Below are positions 17,742 to 20,000 of a DNA stretch of 20,000 bases, one piece after another. The notes below the pieces were generated by a model that saw nothing but the letters and a program-made list of their open reading frames with translations, was not told the origin of the DNA and ran no database searches. How positions within the stretch are numbered: the first letter of the stretch is position 1; each line of letters begins with the position of its first letter. Made by a program: the position numbers and the translations under genes. Location of the stretch: the sequence record SRR9188677_161; one strand, written 5' to 3'.

Positions 17742-17823
17742 TGGCAATTTTATAATAGATGCCATCGCGCCTCCTGGCTCTTTCGCTAAAACAGTCCACC
17801 GGACTGTTTCTTTACGCTCAGCC
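17742..17823 (-). repeat. GC-rich palindromic multi-stem intergenic element (REP-like or ncRNA)
   Basis: Core palindrome AAACAGTCC-ACC-GGACTGTTT (17789-17809), closed by GGCT/AGCC (17776-17779 / 17820-17823). A second stem TGGCA/TGCCA lies at 17742-17746 / 17760-17764. The element starts immediately after the era stop. Confidence 0.6.
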
Positions 17824-18708
17824 CTATTTCTGGTTATACCCAAAACGCCTCAGCTGAAACGCATTGCTTCTCCAGTCTTTGTTGACTTTTACATACAGTT
17901 CGATGTGGATTTGTTTTCCGAAGAATTTCTCCAGCTCTTCACGCGACTGCATCCCTACTTTCTTCAAAGCACCCCCTTTATGCCCGATGATGATTCCTTT
18001 CTGGGTATCGCGCTCGACCATGATTACCGAACGGATCCGGATGATTTTTTCGTCTTCGAGGAATTCTTCCGTTTCGATTTCTACCGCGTAAGGGATTTCC
18101 TTGTCGTAGTTCAACAGTATTTTTTCGCGGATGGTTTCGTTTACAAAGAAACGCTCCGGCTTATCGGTCAAAGCATCTTTCGGATAATAAGCAGGAGAGG
18201 CCGGAAGCAATTCCAGAATACGCGCAAAAACTTCCTTTACATTGAAATTCTCCAATGCCGAAATAGGATAGATTTCCGCATTCGGGACTTTGGTTTTCCA
18301 TAAGTCAATCTGTTCTTCCAGTTGTTCCTGGTTGGATTTGTCGATTTTATTCAGCAGCAGCAGCACCGGAATCTTCGCGTGGATGATCTTATTGAAGAAG
18401 TCATCGTCCTTTAGTTCCTTTTCGCCAATCTCGACCATATAAATCAGCACATCGGCATCCTCAAAAGCGGACTTTACGAAATCCATCATCGACTTCTGCA
18501 TTTCATAAGCCGGCTTGATAATCCCCGGAGTATCCGAAAGGATTACCTGAAAATCATCCCCGTTTACAATACCCAATATCCTGTGGCGCGTAGTCTGTGC
18601 CTTGGAAGTGATGATTGACAAACGCTCGCCCACGAAGGCGTTCATTAAGGTTGACTTTCCTACGTTGGGGTTTCCTATGATGTTTACAAATCCTGCTTTA
18701 TGTTCCAT
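17824..18708 (-). CDS. era: GTPase Era
   Basis: 294 aa with GNPNVGKS, KAQTTRHRI, DTPG, NKID, EIPY and KH domain VERDTQKGIIIGHKG. Confidence 0.99.
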   Translation of the reverse strand: MEHKAGFVNIIGNPNVGKSTLMNAFVGERLSIITSKAQTTRHRILGIVNGDDFQVILSDTPGIIKPAYEMQKSMMDFVKSAFEDADVLIYMVEIGEKELKDDDFFNKIIHAKIPVLLLLNKIDKSNQEQLEEQIDLWKTKVPNAEIYPISALENFNVKEVFARILELLPASPAYYPKDALTDKPERFFVNETIREKILLNYDKEIPYAVEIETEEFLEDEKIIRIRSVIMVERDTQKGIIIGHKGGALKKVGMQSREELEKFFGKQIHIELYVKVNKDWRSNAFQLRRFGYNQK

Positions 18709-18771
18709 AATTCTGCTTTTATTTTTACTGTTCGGATACTACTAAAGCTCCAAACACTACTACTGTGGGCG

Positions 18772-18779
18772 CAAAGATA
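18772..18779 (-). promoter_or_regulatory. -7 promoter box (TATCTTTG) for era
   Basis: TAnnTTTG followed by C, 63 nt upstream of the era ATG. Confidence 0.6.
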
Positions 18780-18886
18780 AGGCTTTATTTTGACACTCTT
18801 CTTTTGCTGTTCAGGCCGAAAATCAAATTGTTGAAATGTCTTGGATAACCAATCCGCGGTGGAAGGATATCGAACTGAAGTTTTAG

Positions 18887-18894
18887 TAAATTTG
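18887..18894 (+). promoter_or_regulatory. -7 promoter box (TAAATTTG) for the alpha/beta hydrolase
   Basis: TAnnTTTG 25 nt upstream of ATG 18920. Confidence 0.5.
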
Positions 18895-18919
18895 GGTATC
18901 ACATTAAGTCTGTCAACTA

Positions 18920-19915
18920 ATGAAAAAATATTATACGCTATTGTTACTTCTGGGCATTACAGTATCCGGCTTTTCTCAGGACAAACTCAAAGCCCTGGAC
19001 AAGGATCTTTCCACGGTAACTTATCCGTTTAAGGTAAATTATAAATCGGTCGATTCGCAGGAGCAGGAACTAAGGATGGCTTATGTGGATGTGGCCCCGA
19101 AAAAGACCAACGGGAAAACGGTAGTGCTGCTGCACGGCAAAAACTTCAATGCCGCCTATTGGGAAAAGACCATCAGGGAACTCAACAAAAAAGGCTTCAG
19201 GGTGATCGCCCCGGATCAGGTGGGCTTCGGAAAATCGACCAAACCGGAACAGTACCAATACAGTTTCAGCCAGCTGGCAGCGAATACCAAATCGATACTG
19301 GACAGCTTAAAAATCAGGACGGTTGTGGTGTTGGGCCATTCTATGGGCGGGATGCTCGCTACGCGTTTTGCACTTCAATATCCGGAAATGACCGAAAAAC
19401 TGATCCTCGAAAACCCAATCGGGCTCGAAGATTACAAGACGATGATCAAATACAAAACGGTAGATGAGAATTATCAGGCCGAACTAAAGAACACACCGGA
19501 AACCATCAAAAACTACCAGCTCAAAAACTACTACGACAACAAGTGGAAAAACGAATACGACCGTTGGGTCAACCTTTTGGCCGGCTGGACGATGCACTCG
19601 GACTATCCGATCATAGCACGAAACGCCGCGCTGACTACAGACATGGTGGTTACCCAACCCGTGTTATACGAATTCGGGAACATTGCCTGCCCTACGCTTT
19701 TGGTTATCGGCACGCGCGACCGTACAGCCATCGGCAAGGATTCGGCACCAAATGAAGTGCAGTATAAAATGGGGCTTTACAACCAGTTAGGGAAGAAAAC
19801 GCAACAGGCGATTCCTAATGCGAAGTTGGTGGAGCTGGAGAATGTGGGGCATTTGCCGCATATTGAGGCGTTTGACAGGTTTATTAAGCCGGTTTTGCAG
19901 TTTTTAGGGGAATGA
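18920..19915 (+). CDS. Secreted alpha/beta fold hydrolase
   Basis: 331 aa. Signal peptide ending GFS-Q, VVLLHGKNF, RVIAPDQVGFGKS, nucleophile elbow GHSMGG, and catalytic His in GHLPH. Confidence 0.93.
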   Translation: MKKYYTLLLLLGITVSGFSQDKLKALDKDLSTVTYPFKVNYKSVDSQEQELRMAYVDVAPKKTNGKTVVLLHGKNFNAAYWEKTIRELNKKGFRVIAPDQVGFGKSTKPEQYQYSFSQLAANTKSILDSLKIRTVVVLGHSMGGMLATRFALQYPEMTEKLILENPIGLEDYKTMIKYKTVDENYQAELKNTPETIKNYQLKNYYDNKWKNEYDRWVNLLAGWTMHSDYPIIARNAALTTDMVVTQPVLYEFGNIACPTLLVIGTRDRTAIGKDSAPNEVQYKMGLYNQLGKKTQQAIPNAKLVELENVGHLPHIEAFDRFIKPVLQFLGE

Positions 19916-20000
19916 TTTTCTTTTATCTCACTTAGTGTTTATTTGTTTTTGGTGTTCGATGAATCTTCGATTTTCCTTGATGAAAAAGAAACAAAAAATC

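Noticed and set aside
17776..17823. Hammerhead ribozyme interpretation (CTGA...GAAA flanking a hairpin)
   Set aside because: The core reads CUGAGCG rather than CUGANGA, extra unpaired bases flank the hairpin, and stems I/III with a cleavage triplet cannot be built.
18780..18919. Possible tRNA gene in the era-hydrolase intergenic region
   Set aside because: No cloverleaf, no GTTCGA T-loop and no acceptor stem found on either strand.
2359..19755. The many short ORFs nested in or antisense to the major genes (e.g. 4223..4792, 12018..12413, 15494..16027, 17905..18303)
   Set aside because: They fully or largely overlap well-supported CDSs and have no recognisable motifs.
19928..20000. 3' end of a convergent minus-strand gene
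   Set aside because: All three minus frames are open from the edge for about 20 codons, so neither the frame nor the existence of the gene can be determined.
1..20000. CRISPR array, IS/transposase, prophage, toxin-antitoxin or defence genes
   Set aside because: No regularly spaced repeats, terminal inverted repeats with target duplications, or matching protein motifs were seen. Nearly all the sequence is explained by ordinary chromosomal genes.

Overview
This is an AT-rich, gene-dense window that looks like the core chromosome of a Flavobacterium or close Flavobacteriaceae relative. That assignment rests on TAnnTTTG -7 promoter boxes, A-rich translation starts without Shine-Dalgarno sequences, a GSCFA protein, a TPR sensor kinase and Cys-Ser/Asp lipoproteins. 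Gene order: partial TPR sensor histidine kinase (-, missed by the ORF track), small TM/coiled-coil protein, lipoprotein, GSCFA protein, fused ABC exporter (+), second lipoprotein, alaS (-), a divergent M23 peptidase-MerR-LemA-TPM-TPM operon (+), cation:proton antiporter, large outer-membrane beta-barrel protein, der, era (all -), and a secreted alpha/beta hydrolase (+). I see no transposase, integrase, phage gene, CRISPR array, tRNA/rRNA or defence system, and I cannot support a wholly new multi-gene system. The best leads are non-coding: a Flavo-1-like structured element upstream of alaS (8738-8800), a GC-rich multi-stem element between era and der (17742-17823), a terminator half-encoded by a protein C-terminus, a terminator-like hairpin abutting a start codon, and a short repeat embedded in-frame in the GSCFA gene. 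All family assignments come from motif recognition by eye; no searches were run.
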